A DNA stretch of 64,000 nt. Source: an uncultured delta proteobacterium. GTDB lineage: Bacteria; Desulfobacterota; Desulfobacteria; Desulfobacterales; JAFDCJ01. Made by a program: the position numbers and the translations under genes. The stretch lies in assembly GCA_963769935.1 (NCBI GenBank), contig CAVYNY010000011.1, forward strand, positions 64,001-128,000, given 5' to 3'. This document shows, piece after piece, positions 49,629 through 59,317 of the stretch; position 1 is the first letter of the stretch; every line of letters begins with the position of its first letter. The notes beneath the pieces were generated by a model, which ran no database searches, had not been told where the DNA came from, and saw only the letters and a program-made list of their open reading frames with translations.

Positions 49629-50648
49629 ATGATCCTTTATAACGAAAATCTGAACGAGGGGCTGCTTGAGTTCGGCATCGAGATCCCGGTGCTTGCCAGC
49701 CGGGCTGTCAAAACCTTTGAATATTTAAAATCTCATCCAATCCTGGGTCCGCAGATCGATCGATGGCACGTCCCGAAAATCGCAGAGCAGATTTCCAAAG
49801 AAGATCTGCTCCGGGTACACTCAAATGAGTATGTGGAGAAGCTATACTCAAACGGACTCGAACAGGAGATTATTCGAACCTTCGAATTAATCGACGATCA
49901 GGGCAATTATTATCGGTATAACCCGGATAAAGCCACGCTCCCGTTGTCCCGGCTGTTTGACCGAACCCTGACCACGGTGGCCAGCACGGTACAATGCGGC
50001 CGGGTGGCCCTGGAGAAAAATTTTTGTTTTGCCCTTCGCGGCGGCATGCATCATGGCCAATTCAGTTACGGCAACGGCTTTTGCATGCTCAACGACCTTG
50101 TGATTGCCATCCGCAAACTGCAGGCCGAAAACCGGATCCGTACCGCCTGGGTGATCGATGTCGATGCCCACAAGGGCGACGGAACGGCGGCGCTGACCCA
50201 CGGTGATGACTCCATTACAACTCTCAGCATCCACATGGCCCATGGCTGGCCCCTGGATGGCGCGGAATTTGATGCGGCCGGCAACCTCAACCCGTCTTTT
50301 ATTGCCAGCGATATCGACATTCCCATGGCCCGGGGGGAGGATCATTTATATGTTGCCAGGCTGCAGAAAGGGCTCGATCAACTTGAAAGCTTCCCAAAAC
50401 CGGATCTGGCCGTGGTCGTCGCCGGCTCCGATCCCTACGAAAAAGACGAACTGCCCTCCACCAGCGATCTGAGATTGTCGCTTGAGCAGCTAAAAGAGCG
50501 TGATCGACTTGTATATGGGTTTTTGAAAGCGTGCGGGATACCCGGGGCTTTTGTAATGGCCGGCGGTTACGGGGAGCACTCCTGGAAAGTTTATGCCCAG
50601 TTTCTGGAATGGGCCTTGCTGGACAGCCTTAACCTTAACGCTGCCTAA
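49629..50648 (+). CDS. Zn-dependent histone deacetylase-family protein
   Basis: GGMHHG, GFC.LND, IDVDAHKGDGT, SIH, AGSD, GGY. Confidence 0.92.
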   Translation: MILYNENLNEGLLEFGIEIPVLASRAVKTFEYLKSHPILGPQIDRWHVPKIAEQISKEDLLRVHSNEYVEKLYSNGLEQEIIRTFELIDDQGNYYRYNPDKATLPLSRLFDRTLTTVASTVQCGRVALEKNFCFALRGGMHHGQFSYGNGFCMLNDLVIAIRKLQAENRIRTAWVIDVDAHKGDGTAALTHGDDSITTLSIHMAHGWPLDGAEFDAAGNLNPSFIASDIDIPMARGEDHLYVARLQKGLDQLESFPKPDLAVVVAGSDPYEKDELPSTSDLRLSLEQLKERDRLVYGFLKACGIPGAFVMAGGYGEHSWKVYAQFLEWALLDSLNLNAA

Positions 50649-50789
50649 ATCTGTATCCATAATTCAAAAGGTGTAGACATAAGACCGCCGCTTTTGCGAA
50701 ATAGATGCCGGATGCTCGATACTTGATGCTGGATATGCAGGAATGCACCCGGAAAACTTTGAACATTCTCATCACTTTCAAAAAGGATT

Positions 50790-50997
50790 GCCGCCGCGCC
50801 CCATGAGCAAACCCTGGGATAAGGTCAATCCCAACAGCGGGCATTATGCCATCGTAGATCTGCAGAAATTGGGTAAACTAAAATTCTTAATCTACCAGAA
50901 TGTGGACAACCTGCATTTAAAGTTTCACGAAGCAATCGGAGACGTGCTGCCCAGGGCGGTGAAAAGATTGAAACGGCAGATGGAATTGTTCGAATGA
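50790..50997 (+). pseudogene. Internally deleted Sir2/CobB-type deacylase remnant
   Basis: PNSGHYAIVDL...G.LKFLI.QNVDNLH fused directly to a C-terminal-like ..IGDVLP segment; catalytic HG and Zn motifs missing. Confidence 0.7.
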
Positions 50998-51037
50998 TGC
51001 CGGCAATCGTGCCAAGAAAGAGCGCCTTTTATTCTTC

Positions 51038-52828
51038 TTACAAATTGTTGCTGTTCGGCTGGCCCATGCGCAAGGGGCCGCCGCGGGCCGTCGGCCACAG
51101 CAGGCAATTGCCGGCGGAGCCCGGGACTGTGAACACATCCATGCCATGGTCGAAAGTTTGCACAAAAATCTCCAGCTGACCGTCACCATCCAAATCCCCG
51201 ACAGTCGGGGCTGCCGGCGCGCCATTGCCATTGCCGTTGTAGCCGGGATTGGGCAGGGGAACATCGTGCAGCAGAGAGCCGTCGGCACCTAAAATTACCA
51301 GGTAGCCGGAATCGGCGACATCAGGGTCACCGTAGGTGGTAAACAGCAATTCCGGCGATCCATCCTGGTTCAAGTCCGCCGCCGTCACCTCGGAGGCATA
51401 CATGACTGCCTTGCCGTGGGTAAAATTAAAGCGCCAGATCTCAGCGGCACCGGCACTGAAAGCATAAACGAACCCGTCATTTAGCGACACAACAATTTCC
51501 GGTAACGCATCTCCCTGGATATTGACCGTGACGGCCGCCGGCACTCCGTTGGGTGGATACCAGCCGGCAACCGTGATGGGAAAATCGCCGTGGGGAAGCT
51601 CTTCCCAGCCGCTTTTGCGCATGGCTGAACGGTCGCCGCTACCGTGGGCGCCTTCCAGGACCATGACGGCATAGGCCTGGGTCTCATATGGAACATTGAA
51701 TTCAACATTCGGAATGCCGACCACTTCATTGCGGCCGTCGCCGTCCAGATCGACAATATTGGGAGGCGAAGCCGTCCACTGGAGCCATTCCTGGCGACTG
51801 GGATGCGGCCAGTCACCGGTATGCAGATGATAGTGGTTTTCTTCCACCTGCGGATCGGCCCAGCGGATGAACTGCCCCCAGGTCATGGGCAGGCCGTAAT
51901 ACGCGCTTTGACGGTTGGAAAAGTAAGGGGATGCATCGATGGCAACACCGTTCGGGTCAAAGGCCTGAATTTGGTGGTTATCATAGGTGACGATGATCTC
52001 CAGCTCGTCATCATCGTCAATGTTGCCGATGCCCACGTTGAGCCCGTAACAGCCGTAGCCGTCATGGCCCTGGCCGTTGCGGTCGACATCGCCGCCGTCG
52101 CCGCTTAAACTATTATACCGCGGCCAGGCCGGATAGCTCAGGCCGGGGGGCTGGAAAATAGATCCATCGTAGGCAAACACAAAGACCTGGGCGCCGCCGT
52201 CCGCCGCGCTCTGGGTCTGGGTTGTGGTGGCGACTACTTCGATCAGGCCGTCGCCGTCAAGATCGGCCGCCGCCAGTCCTCTGACCTCAGGCGATTCACC
52301 GGCTGTCGTTGTATCCGCCGGCCAGCCGCTTTTTAATTGCAAACGACCGCTTCGCCACTCATAGGCATACACTTCATGACCGTTGCCGTAGACGACTTCG
52401 GCGATGCCGTCACCTTCCAGGTCCACCACCACGTGGGGCGCATACACCCGGCCGCTGCCGCCGTCGACCCGATCCAGCAGGGTTCCATCGCTGCCGAAGA
52501 CATAAACCGAATAGTAAGCAGCAATAAGCTCTTTGGCGCCATCGCCTTCCAAATCCGCCACAACCGGCGAAGCATACCAGCTGGTTTGTCCGGTCAGGTT
52601 CATTAAAAATTCGGGCCTTTGGACCTCGCCCCCGCTCGGCCCGGCCTGGCAAACAACATTGCGCTCACCGCCGGTGGCGCTGCCGCTATCCAATTGCCCG
52701 CCATTGGAAGAATTTTCCTGGGATGGGCCGCCCCCGCCGCCGCCGCAGCCAAGTGTCACGGCAACAAAAACTAGCATCCGGAAGCTATAAATCAGCCACA
52801 ACACGAGCCGGCCTGTTGTCGATGTCAT
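51038..52828 (-). CDS. FG-GAP/VCBS-repeat lipoprotein
   Basis: Lipobox LGC plus poly-Gly linker; about eight D(L/I)xGDG..E(I/L/V) repeats. Confidence 0.88.
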   Translation of the reverse strand: MTSTTGRLVLWLIYSFRMLVFVAVTLGCGGGGGGPSQENSSNGGQLDSGSATGGERNVVCQAGPSGGEVQRPEFLMNLTGQTSWYASPVVADLEGDGAKELIAAYYSVYVFGSDGTLLDRVDGGSGRVYAPHVVVDLEGDGIAEVVYGNGHEVYAYEWRSGRLQLKSGWPADTTTAGESPEVRGLAAADLDGDGLIEVVATTTQTQSAADGGAQVFVFAYDGSIFQPPGLSYPAWPRYNSLSGDGGDVDRNGQGHDGYGCYGLNVGIGNIDDDDELEIIVTYDNHQIQAFDPNGVAIDASPYFSNRQSAYYGLPMTWGQFIRWADPQVEENHYHLHTGDWPHPSRQEWLQWTASPPNIVDLDGDGRNEVVGIPNVEFNVPYETQAYAVMVLEGAHGSGDRSAMRKSGWEELPHGDFPITVAGWYPPNGVPAAVTVNIQGDALPEIVVSLNDGFVYAFSAGAAEIWRFNFTHGKAVMYASEVTAADLNQDGSPELLFTTYGDPDVADSGYLVILGADGSLLHDVPLPNPGYNGNGNGAPAAPTVGDLDGDGQLEIFVQTFDHGMDVFTVPGSAGNCLLWPTARGGPLRMGQPNSNNL

Positions 52829-52870
52829 CCTGTGTTACCACCCTTCACTCAAAAGCTGTGAATGACGATC

Positions 52871-52886
52871 AGCAAATATCGTGCAA
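52871..52886 (-). promoter_or_regulatory. Possible sigma54-like promoter
   Basis: Minus strand TTGCACG-ATAT-TTGCT (TG instead of the conserved GG at -24). Confidence 0.35.
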
Positions 52887-53023
52887 GCTTTTTTAAAAAT
52901 ATTATTGTTCTTAATTTCAATTAGTTAGCGCAATGAACCGCCGAGGCGGGTTGGATAATGTGAATGATTTTGGGCAATGGCAGTATACTTTTGAGTAACT
53001 CCATTTTCCTATTGGTAGTATTC

Positions 53024-53133
53024 TGCGGCTTCGAACCCTATGAAAAACACGAACTGCCATCTGCCGGCGATCTGAGATTGTCTCTTGAGCGACTAAAAGA
53101 GAGCGATCGAATTGTATATAGAGTTTTAAAAAC
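53024..53133 (+). pseudogene. Degenerate duplicate of part of the HDAC 3' region
   Basis: CCCTATGAAAAACACGAACTGCCATCTGCCGGCGATCTGAGATTGTC... aligns with 50421-50531. Confidence 0.8.
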
Positions 53134-53204
53134 GGCGGCCTAAAGCCCTCAAATTTGAATGGGATCTCCTATTTCCTGCCCCTTTCTAACCAACCGGGCT
53201 GCGG

Positions 53205-54437
53205 CTACTGCAAGTAAATCCAGCCGAAGAGACACGACAGTGAAACCACCGTTACCGGAATTCCCACCCTGGCATGTTCCCTAAAGCCGATTTCAACGCC
53301 AAGACTTTTAGCCTGCTCGATAACGATCAGATTTGCAATGCTGCCGATAACAATCAAATTGCCCGCAAATGTCGATGAAACCGCCAGGGTGTACCATTGA
53401 ACGTGGTCGGCAGGATCCAGAAAGCGGGTCAGCAGCATGGTTGCCGGGACATTGCTGACTAAATTGCTCAAAAGAGCGGACACGCCGGTGAGGATGAACA
53501 GGTTTTGCAGCTCAAATCCCTTCGCGTTTAATATACCCACAATTAAGGCCGGCACATTTGCCGATGCCAGACCCTGAACGACTACGAACAATGCACAGAA
53601 AAGGGTTATCAGGTGCCAATCAATCAGCTCCAGCATCTGACGCGATTTCATGTGGCGGCTGCACAGCAAGAACCCGGCGACTGCAATAGCGGAAAGTTCG
53701 CGGGGAATCGAAGTGAAAAACAAGGCAACCAGAACAGTGGCAGCCGAAAGACCTTTGATGCTCTGCCATTCATTAAGATGCGGCCAGCGGGGATTGCGCT
53801 CAGAGGAAGGCGGTTGGTGATAATGCGTGAATCCTTGGCGATAAAACCAGCAAATTAAACCATAGCCCACCGCCAGCGCCAGCACTGTGGGCGGGGCGCA
53901 CCAGGCCAGAAATTGTCCGAAGTGCAGCCGCCCCACTTGGCCGATCAGCATATTCTGGGGGTTGCCGATAATGGTGGCGGCCGAACCGATATTGCTGGAA
54001 ATGGCCAGAGCCAATAAAAAGGGCAGGGGATTCAGGCGGGCGTTCAACAGGGAAATCGTAAGAACCGGCGTGAACGCCAGGCAGATGATGTCATTGGCCA
54101 ATACGGCCGAAAGTACCGCGCTGGTTGCCATCATCAGCGCTAGAAAAAATCGGGGATGCGCCAGCCAAGCGGTCATGCGAAATCCCACCCAGGTATAAAA
54201 GCCGCCTAGGCGCAGCTGGGCCGAAAGGACCATCAATGCATAAAGCAGGATAATGGTCGGCAGGTCTACGGCGGCAACGGCGTTATCAATCGGTACCGCG
54301 CCGCTGACCACCATGGCGATGGCGCCCAGCAGAGCGATACCGGTGCGGTCGATACCTAAACCGGGGATCCGGCCGAAGGCAACCCCCACGTAAGTAAGTA
54401 TAAATATAGCAACCACAAAGATGGAACCATTTTCCAT
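53205..54437 (-). CDS. ArsB/NhaD/SLC13-type anion permease (YbiR-like)
   Basis: DRTGIALLGA, ND..CL..TP, SNIGS.AT.IGNPQN, SN.VSNVPA, AGNL...GSIANLIV; likely start MENGS at 54437. Confidence 0.9.
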   Translation of the reverse strand: MENGSIFVVAIFILTYVGVAFGRIPGLGIDRTGIALLGAIAMVVSGAVPIDNAVAAVDLPTIILLYALMVLSAQLRLGGFYTWVGFRMTAWLAHPRFFLALMMATSAVLSAVLANDIICLAFTPVLTISLLNARLNPLPFLLALAISSNIGSAATIIGNPQNMLIGQVGRLHFGQFLAWCAPPTVLALAVGYGLICWFYRQGFTHYHQPPSSERNPRWPHLNEWQSIKGLSAATVLVALFFTSIPRELSAIAVAGFLLCSRHMKSRQMLELIDWHLITLFCALFVVVQGLASANVPALIVGILNAKGFELQNLFILTGVSALLSNLVSNVPATMLLTRFLDPADHVQWYTLAVSSTFAGNLIVIGSIANLIVIEQAKSLGVEIGFREHARVGIPVTVVSLSCLFGWIYLQ

Positions 54438-54698
54438 TTTTTTTTGCCGGTGTAAAAATGAAACTTGGGAAATCAAATACCCGAAACCTGTCAATACCAG
54501 CCCCCATCCGACAGTACCTTGGCTGAAAAATCCCCAGGCAGACGCAACAACATGGATCAGGCCATAGAGGGATAGAATGAGTGGGATGGATGGATATATC
54601 AGGAAATAGTTACAATAGTCAAACATGGCAAAGACGAATAAGAAAACGGCGAGGATGGTGAGCAGCCAGTGAGGAATGAATAAATTGAATATATCGAA

Positions 54699-55082
54699 TT
54701 ATTTTTTCTTATTCAACAGGTCTTTGAGATTGGCGAAAGGATTATCGAGTGCGGCTGGCGGCTGGTCCTCATCCGGTGCGGCCGGGTCGTACCATCCCTG
54801 ATCCAGATAGCGCGAGTGTTCGTTGTCGTGGCAGTAGATACAGAGCAGCTCCCAGTTGCTTCCGTCCGGCGGGTTGTTGTCGTGGTTGTGGTCCTTATGA
54901 TGGACCGTGAGTTCGCGACGTTTCTTGCCTTCAAATTCCCGCCCGCACCGCGCACAGACCCAGGGAAAAATCTTGAGCGCCTGCTCCCGATACCCTTGCT
55001 CCCGCTGCAGGCGGTCGCGCCGCGCCTCGGCTACGATCCGGTCCATTTTGTCCGGGTCTAATTGTTTGTTTTTCGATGACAT
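54699..55082 (-). CDS. yajD: YajD-family HNH nuclease
   Basis: YREQALK..PWVC..CGREF, LTVHH.DHNHDNNP.DGSNWELLC.YCHD.EH. Confidence 0.88.
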   Translation of the reverse strand: MSSKNKQLDPDKMDRIVAEARRDRLQREQGYREQALKIFPWVCARCGREFEGKKRRELTVHHKDHNHDNNPPDGSNWELLCIYCHDNEHSRYLDQGWYDPAAPDEDQPPAALDNPFANLKDLLNKKK

Positions 55083-55092
55083 ATCTTCAAGA

Positions 55093-55599
55093 TCACCCTT
55101 CGACAGTCATAAATTGTTCTTTTGGCGCGCCGCAGATCGGACACTTATCGGGAATTTTTTTGTCCGTTACATAACCGCAAACCTGGCAGATGTGATAGGC
55201 TTTTACTTCATTTTTAATCACATGGTAAATGGCGCGTTCATATAATTTTGCATGAAAGGCTTCGGCATCTCTGGCCTGGCTGAATGCCAGTGCCGCAGCC
55301 GCCTCACCGTCCTCTTCAGCAGCCTTCAGGAACTCCGGGTATTCATTTTCACTGATTGACTTCTCACGCTGAAAAGATTTCTCCAAATTCGTGTCGGTAT
55401 CCTTAACGACTATATCCTTGACCAGGTTTAAATGACGCGTCGCATGAACTTTCTCCGCTTCGGCGATGGCCCGAAACAACAGCGCAATTTGGGGAACCTG
55501 CTCCTCCTCCGCCTTTCGGGCATATGCCAGCAGTCTGAAATAAGCCTTTGCCTCCCCGATGAAAGCGGTATGTATATTTTCTGCGGTCCTTTTTTCCAT
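55093..55599 (-). CDS. rbr: Rubrerythrin family protein
   Basis: AF.GE, E..H twice, C-terminal CQVCGY...CPICGAPK. Confidence 0.92.
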   Translation of the reverse strand: MEKRTAENIHTAFIGEAKAYFRLLAYARKAEEEQVPQIALLFRAIAEAEKVHATRHLNLVKDIVVKDTDTNLEKSFQREKSISENEYPEFLKAAEEDGEAAAALAFSQARDAEAFHAKLYERAIYHVIKNEVKAYHICQVCGYVTDKKIPDKCPICGAPKEQFMTVEG

Positions 55600-55716
55600 T
55601 AAATCCCTCCGGCCCTTGAAAATTTCCCGGATTAACCCGGTCTTCAGACGGAAGCCTCCCCGCTGCCGGGATAACCGGTATCCCTTTCCAGCGGACCGGA
55701 GACGCTGAGGAGAAGA

Positions 55717-56463
55717 TTATTCCTCTTTCTTGCGTTTGTCTTTTAAATATACTGATTTAGAGGGACCATCGCCTACTATGCGTTCTTCGATCTGGAATAG
55801 CTTCGTTGCCGACACCAGTTCCCCCAGCTTTTTATGGCCATAGTTTCGCGGATCGAACTCGGGCAACTGTTTGGCGATATTGCTGCCTACGGATCCAAGA
55901 TTGGCCCACCCGCTGTCATCCGAAGATGCTTCGACGGCGTTTCTTAATAAACTGATAAGTTTCGTATCCTGCTTGAGCTCATTGGTTGTTTTGCGGCGGA
56001 TGGTCTCGCTGTCGTCATCTTTGGACCGCAGCACTTCCGTGAAGATAAACTTGTCGCATGCGGAAACAAATGCGCCCGGAGTTTTTTTCTCGCCGAAGCC
56101 GTAGACAAAAAGGCCGGCTTCTCTAATCCTAGAGGCCAACTTGGTAAAGTCACTGTCGCTGGATACAATGCAAAAGCCGTCGAATTTGTCCGAGTAAAGC
56201 AAATCCATGGCGTCGATAATCATGGCACTGTCGGTGGAATTTTTACCCGTAGTATACTGAAACTGCTGTATGGGTTGAATGGAAAACTGCAATAAAACTT
56301 CTTTCCACCCTTTAAGGCCCGGCTTTGTCCAGTCGCCATAGATTCGTTTGACGCTGGCGGTCCCATACTTGGCAATTTCCGACAGCAGGTCCTCGACAAT
56401 CGAAGGCTGCGCATTGTCGGCGTCAATTAATACCGCCAATTTTTCAATATTTCCGTTTGACAC
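55717..56463 (-). CDS. NYN (LabA/DUF88) domain protein with OST-HTH/LOTUS domain
   Basis: LIDADN, RIYGDW, GKNSTD..M.IDAMD, VSSDSDF, FDPRNYG..KL. Confidence 0.92.
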   Translation of the reverse strand: MSNGNIEKLAVLIDADNAQPSIVEDLLSEIAKYGTASVKRIYGDWTKPGLKGWKEVLLQFSIQPIQQFQYTTGKNSTDSAMIIDAMDLLYSDKFDGFCIVSSDSDFTKLASRIREAGLFVYGFGEKKTPGAFVSACDKFIFTEVLRSKDDDSETIRRKTTNELKQDTKLISLLRNAVEASSDDSGWANLGSVGSNIAKQLPEFDPRNYGHKKLGELVSATKLFQIEERIVGDGPSKSVYLKDKRKKEE

Positions 56464-56632
56464 GTTTTTCCTTTCATGATTCCAAAGCCGCCCGGCAAAA
56501 CCGCCGTTTCAAAAACCCAAAGTACCTATAGATCGATTGTATTTGAAAATCAAGAGATCTATGGTAACCGGCAATCCGCCCGTGTTTTATTTTGTTGACC
56601 CGTAAAATGTCGCTACAGCTTTCTTCCGAGCC

Positions 56633-57256
56633 TCATTCTTCAACAACCCCGGCCCTGTTCAGGCATCCCCGGCATACTTTGCGACCGTCAACGATATTCA
56701 TTTTGGAGGGCATCGTCGGCTCGCCGCACCGGGCGCAAGGTTCGGAAGGTTCGATGCGGGCTCTTGCCGGCAGTTGCAACTCCACGAACGCGATGGTGAA
56801 CAGCCGGTCCACCGGAGCCTCCAGTATATTGCAGGTGCGCTGGAAATGGAGTTCCTCAAAGCGTTTATGTTCTTCCGCGGTCTCAACGCCGCGGGTGATT
56901 TTTTGAATCAAAGCCATGTGTTCTTCATCCGGTTTGAATGCGTCGGGCTTCAGGGCCACGCGCACCCCCCGGCCTGTGTTGCGGCTTAGAAGCGTTAGGG
57001 CCATCTTCCCGTAGTCCCGGTATATAAAATTGCCTTTGCCGAAGGTGCAACCTGTGAGCACCTGTACAGCATCGGCCGAGCAGGCGTCGGTCTCTACGAC
57101 GGCCACGATTTCCTCGTCCGCGGCTCGTTTTTCCTGCAGCCGGTCCATGGCAGTATGGGCCGCTCGGTAGCCGATGGACAGTCCGGGGCAGACATGGCCG
57201 TGAAACGCCGCGCATCGTTGGAAGTCTTCGCTTTCAATTATGTCTTGGGCTTTCAT
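56633..57256 (-). CDS. FmdE family protein with C-terminal zinc finger
   Basis: FHGHVCPGL.IG, E..AC..DAVQ..TGCT.GKGN, C..CGE...C..C. Confidence 0.9.
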   Translation of the reverse strand: MKAQDIIESEDFQRCAAFHGHVCPGLSIGYRAAHTAMDRLQEKRAADEEIVAVVETDACSADAVQVLTGCTFGKGNFIYRDYGKMALTLLSRNTGRGVRVALKPDAFKPDEEHMALIQKITRGVETAEEHKRFEELHFQRTCNILEAPVDRLFTIAFVELQLPARARIEPSEPCARCGEPTMPSKMNIVDGRKVCRGCLNRAGVVEE

Positions 57257-57826
57257 ATGTCGGTATCCTTTCGATGCGGGACTCAATCCATGTTCCCTTG
57301 TTTTGGCGCTTGCACGGCGCCTTCGGTAAACCCGCATTTTTTAGCGCAACCGGTTTATCCGTATGATTATATGGCATTTTTTGGCCTAAAGTTCAATGAC
57401 TTTAATTGTTTCACTAAGAAAATGCGCTGCTTTCAGCGGTTGTAATTCTGAGTAAAGCGAATCAAAAGCGGATGATAGTCTGATTTTATTCTCTGGCCGG
57501 TGCCATCCATATAAAAACAGATCTCATTCCGCCAACCCAGTATTCCAACATTCCAGGGTTTCATCATTCCATCCCGCTGCAAGCGGGATTTACTGCACAG
57601 CCACTCTTTTTTGATCTGGCCGGGGGAATCAGGTGTTCAATGGTAGCATAACAAAAGATTCAAACCTTAAACCGCGAATTGATCGGAGCGGATTTCGGCG
57701 GCTCGATTGGTTTTGACCGGAAGGCGGCAATGATTATTGGTCTTGCTTGAATTTTTTAAAAAGAGACTTAGCCTAAATGCACAGCGCCAAAATAATTCCT
57801 GAAGTCGTATCCCAAGCGGATAGCCC

Positions 57827-59177
57827 ATGTCAAAGTCATCGACAACTTATTCTGACTTGCAAGACGGTTGGTCCTACCGATTGCGTCAGCGGATAAGACG
57901 GCTGGCGGTGGTTGAGCCCGGAGAGATGCGGGCGCTCTTCTGGTCGTTTACTTACTTTTTTGCACTCCTGTGCAGTTACTACATCATTCGCCCCATGCGC
58001 GATGAGATGGGCATTGCGGGCGGAGTCGATAAACTGCAGTGGATGTTTACCGGAACTTTTCTGGCCATGCTGGCCTCAGTGCCGCTTTTCGGCTGGGTGG
58101 CCAAACGATTTCCCGTGCGACGGTTCCTGCCCTATGTATACTATTTTTTTATCGCCGACCTGATGCTGTTCTTTGCGTTGTTCAAATCGAATGTAGCGGA
58201 TGCCTATGTTGCGCGAGCATTTTTCATCTGGACCAGCGTCTTCAATTTGTTCATCGTCTCAGTCTTCTGGAGTTTCATGACGGATATCTTCAACAACGAT
58301 CAGGCCCGACGGCTGTTCGGCATTATTGCGGCCGGCGGAACCGCCGGCGCCTTAACCGGTCCGGTTCTTACAGCCGCCCTGGTCAGTCGTCTGGGGCCTT
58401 CGAATATGCTGCATGATCTCGGTTGCCTTTCTGGCGGTTGCGGTCGGGTGCATTCACCGGATCATTGCCTGGAAAAATACCATCCGTAAGTATTCCGGTG
58501 ATACGCAAGAGCCTCCTGAAGCCGGCCGGGACCAGGCCATCGGGGGGAGCATCCTGGCCGGTATCCGCCTGGTTTTCAGCTCGTCGTATTTGGCCGGAAT
58601 TTGCCTGCTCATCCTGCTGTATACGACACTGTCGACCTTTTTATACTTTCAGCAGGCCCAGATCGTACGCGACAGTTTTAACGACCCGGCCAACCGGACC
58701 GCCATTTTCGCCGCAATGGATTTTTCCGTGAATTTCCTGACCATTGTCGCCCAGTTGCTTCTGACTTCGCGCATCGTCCGCAAATGGGGCCTAAGCTGGG
58801 CCCTGGCCTTAATCCCGCTTTTGCTGGGGATCGGATTTCTGCTGTTGGGAATGATGCCGACCATCAGCATTTTGATAACCGTGCAGGTCCTGCGCCGGGC
58901 CGGCAACTATGCCGTGATGCGGCCGGCGCGCGAAATGCTTTACGTCGTATTGGGAAAGGAAGAAAAATACAAGGCCAAAAATTTTATTGACACCGTTGTC
59001 TACCGCGGCGGGGATGTTGTCAGCGCCTGGGCCTATACCGGACTGAAAGCCACGGGATTAAACCTGGCTGCGATTGCACTGGTTGCGTTTCCGCTGGCAG
59101 GGGTCTGGGCCTGGATATCGTTTAAGCTGGGAAAGCGGCAGACGGAACTGGCCCGGCAAACAAGCCCCAGGCTATGA
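57827..59177 (+). CDS. NTT/TLC-like MFS transporter, split by one extra base near 58412
   Basis: YY.IRP.RD.MG, W.SVFNLF.VS.FWS, RLFG, RPAREMLY....E.KYKAKNFIDTVVYR.GD; two ORFs joined by a +1 shift. Confidence 0.82.
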
Positions 59178-59317
59178 CTTAGTACATAGTTTCATAAATA
59201 CGGCGTGGTGAAAAAATATCACTAATACGTCACCGTAATTAGGGATTAGAGCACTTAATAACAACTCACTCCTGGATGTGCACTGCGATGTCCGGTTGGG
59301 AGTATCTGGAGGTACCA

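Noticed and set aside
54699..56463. HNH plus NYN nucleases as a defence island
   Set aside because: YajD and LabA/NYN-LOTUS are common stand-alone genes, separated here by rubrerythrin, with no defence partners visible.
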